Under the pieces are notes generated by a model. That model made no database searches. It was not told where the DNA came from and was given only the letters and a program-made list of their open reading frames with translations. From Lytechinus pictus (taxonomy: Eukaryota): a stretch of DNA of 64,000 nt. Position numbers and translations under genes: made by a program. The stretch lies in contig NC_087251.1 in assembly GCF_037042905.1 (NCBI RefSeq), positions 44,022,001 to 44,086,000 on the forward strand, in the 5' to 3' direction. Below, in pieces: positions 62,031 through 64,000 of this stretch (position 1 is its first letter; each line of letters starts with the position of its first letter).

Positions 62031-62557
62031 CCCGGGGGGGCACTCGACCAAAAAAGTGGTAGGGGCCGCGGGCGAGACAAAAAACTGGGGCCTTGGAGCG
62101 GGCTTATTGTAAAAAGGAGGGTCCTCGGAACGGGCTTCGGAACTACAATTTTGTGAAAACGGGGGTCCTTGGAACGGATCGCCAGCGTGCGAGTACGTGC
62201 GTATGTACCCCTATGGAACGGGCATGCGTGCATGATGCAGCTATACGCGGCCTCCGCTGGGTGCGCTAGCGCAGAGACGATGGTCGGACAGCGCTCGGCG
62301 GCCGCTTTTCACCAAAATTGCAGCAGATCGATGCGACCGGAACGGCGTAACGAAAAATATGCGAAGCTTTGGAGCGGATTTCTTTCTTTTTTTTTCTCGA
62401 TAAGAACAAAGTGCTATGCCTTGGAGCGGCTTTCTTTGTTTTTTGTCTCGATAAGACAAAAATGCTATGCCTCGGAACGAAAATTTGAGTGTGAAAATGG
62501 GGGTCCCCTCCGCGGCACATACCCACTATGCATTATATACTGAGTGCCCCCCCCGGG
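62031..62557. mobile_element. GC-rich MITE with CCCGGGGGGGCACTC TIRs and 8-bp TSD, inserted into the LINE
   Basis: TSD AAAGAAAT at 62023-62030 and 62558-62565; removing the element restores ...ISLIRERNVAYKKRKK. Confidence 0.92.
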
Positions 62558-64000
62558 AAAGAAATGTGGCGTATAAAAAAAGGAAGAAAAATCTAAGCGA
62601 TGATGATTATGACACGCTTTCTAAAAGATACAAGAAATTAAGAAATATGGTTCAAAGAGAGGTCACCTGAAAAAAGGCCAAATCAGAATACCTACAAAAT
62701 AAAATAGAAGAAAATAAAAATGATTCTAAAAGACTTTGGCAGAATCTAAATAGTTTGGGATTAAAAACGAGAAATGGAAAGGACCAAGAATTAGTCGTTT
62801 CAATTGACGGAGAATTATATCATGATAAGATAACTATTTCCAATGAATTCAATTCCTATTTTACAAATGTCGCAGCTACGTTGGTAGATAAACTTCCATC
62901 TTGCAAAGACATTTTCAGTGCAGACAGTGAGAACATTCGTGAATTTTATGAAAAAAAAGTATAAGCCAAGATAAATTTGAATTATTACCTGTTATAGTGA
63001 TCAATTCATTTTTAATGAGTTGCGTAAATTAGATGTATCAAAAAGCACTGGATTTTTGATACCTGCTAAATTTCTAAAAGAAGGAGCAAAGAGTTTGTAC
63101 AAACCATTGAATTTCTTGATAAATCTCTTTATCTTTACTAGCACATTCCCAGAGGATATGAAAATTGCAAAAGTAACTCCTATTCATAAGAAGAAAGATA
63201 AAACTGCTGTTGAAAACTAAAGACCTATCAGTGGTTTAAGCATAGTATCCAAAATTCTAGAAAAGGCGGTATGTGTTCAGATCGAAAAATATTTTAAAGA
63301 AAATGATATGATTTACGAATATCAGTCTGGTTTTTGACATGACTATTCGACTGAGACATGCCTTATTCACTATCTGAGAACTAATATTTCTAAGGGACAA
63401 TTCGTTCGGATGGTACTCCTAGATCTTCAAAAAGCATTTGATACAGTTAATCATGGCATCTTATTGAAAAAAATACAAATAATGGGTTTTAACCAGGCTA
63501 CTGTAGCATGGTTCAAATCCTACTTGTCGAATCGACATCAAGTAGCGGCTATTCGCGATATTCGTTCCAAAATTATGCCTATAACGTGTGGAGTTCCACA
63601 GGGAAGTATTTTAGGCCCAATTCTATTTTCAACTTATATCAATGACATGTCTATTTGTATAAAAGCTGACTGTAAATTATTATTGTATTTAGATGAAAGC
63701 GTACTACTTTGTTCAAATTCCAACCCAAAATTTGTTGAGGAAAAACTTAGCGAACAGCTGTCTACATGTGTCGATTGGATGACTGATAACAGATTATCGT
63801 TACACTTAGGCAAAACCGAGAGCATTCTGTTTTGTTCTAAAAAGTAATTATAAAACTTCATTTGAATTTGAAGTATCATACTATATTAAGATAATTCAGA
63901 GGAAAGAATCTGTAAAGCATTTAGGCATTGATTTTACTAGCTCCCTTTCATTTCATCTTTAGTAGAATCAATCGTAAAAAAGGCGAATGCCCGTTTGAAA

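Larger units (their letters stand above)
59915..64000 (+). mobile_element. Decayed APE-type non-LTR retrotransposon (CR1/L2/Crack group): 2A-like peptide, PHD finger, AP endonuclease, reverse transcriptase; runs off the window end
   Basis: LLLLSGNIESNPGP; C..C...C..C..WYH..C...WFC..C PHD; HLNVRS, TWL, R.DR...GGGV..YVR, IYRPP, LLGD, LLDH (APE); KVTPIHKK, RPIS, LDLQKAFDTVNH, GVPQGSILGPILF, LYLDES (degenerate YADD). Multiple stops and frameshifts. Confidence 0.95.

Overview
AT-rich, repeat-dense eukaryotic DNA. The repeat families and composition suggest a marine invertebrate, probably a sea urchin (inference only). The main feature is one spliced + strand gene for a Rel-subfamily NF-kB transcription factor: Rel homology domain, IPT/dimerisation domain, KKKRK NLS, acidic C-terminal tail and no ankyrin repeats. 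Nine phase-consistent GT-AG exons run from 40205 to the stop at 53610. Two phase-compatible upstream coding exons lie at 7001-7063 and 33190/33219-33324, giving predicted proteins of about 585, 600 or 630 aa. The protein has a non-canonical recognition loop (RFRYPVEG, conserved Cys replaced by Val), and the optional exon encodes a perfect PDSM (IKTEPVSP). The introns hold consensus kB sites and many nested non-autonomous DNA transposons (hAT with 8- and 6-bp TSDs, TTAA/Kolobok-like MITEs, PIF/Harbinger, a Tc1/mariner derivative), tRNA-derived SINEs and microsatellites. The window ends in a decayed APE-type LINE with a 2A-like peptide, PHD finger, endonuclease and RT, interrupted by two MITEs. 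TACATGTA and TAGGCCTA palindromes are strongly over-represented, and one paralogous comparison shows TA expanding to TACATGTA. No CRISPR or prokaryotic system is present. All calls are by eye; no searches were run.
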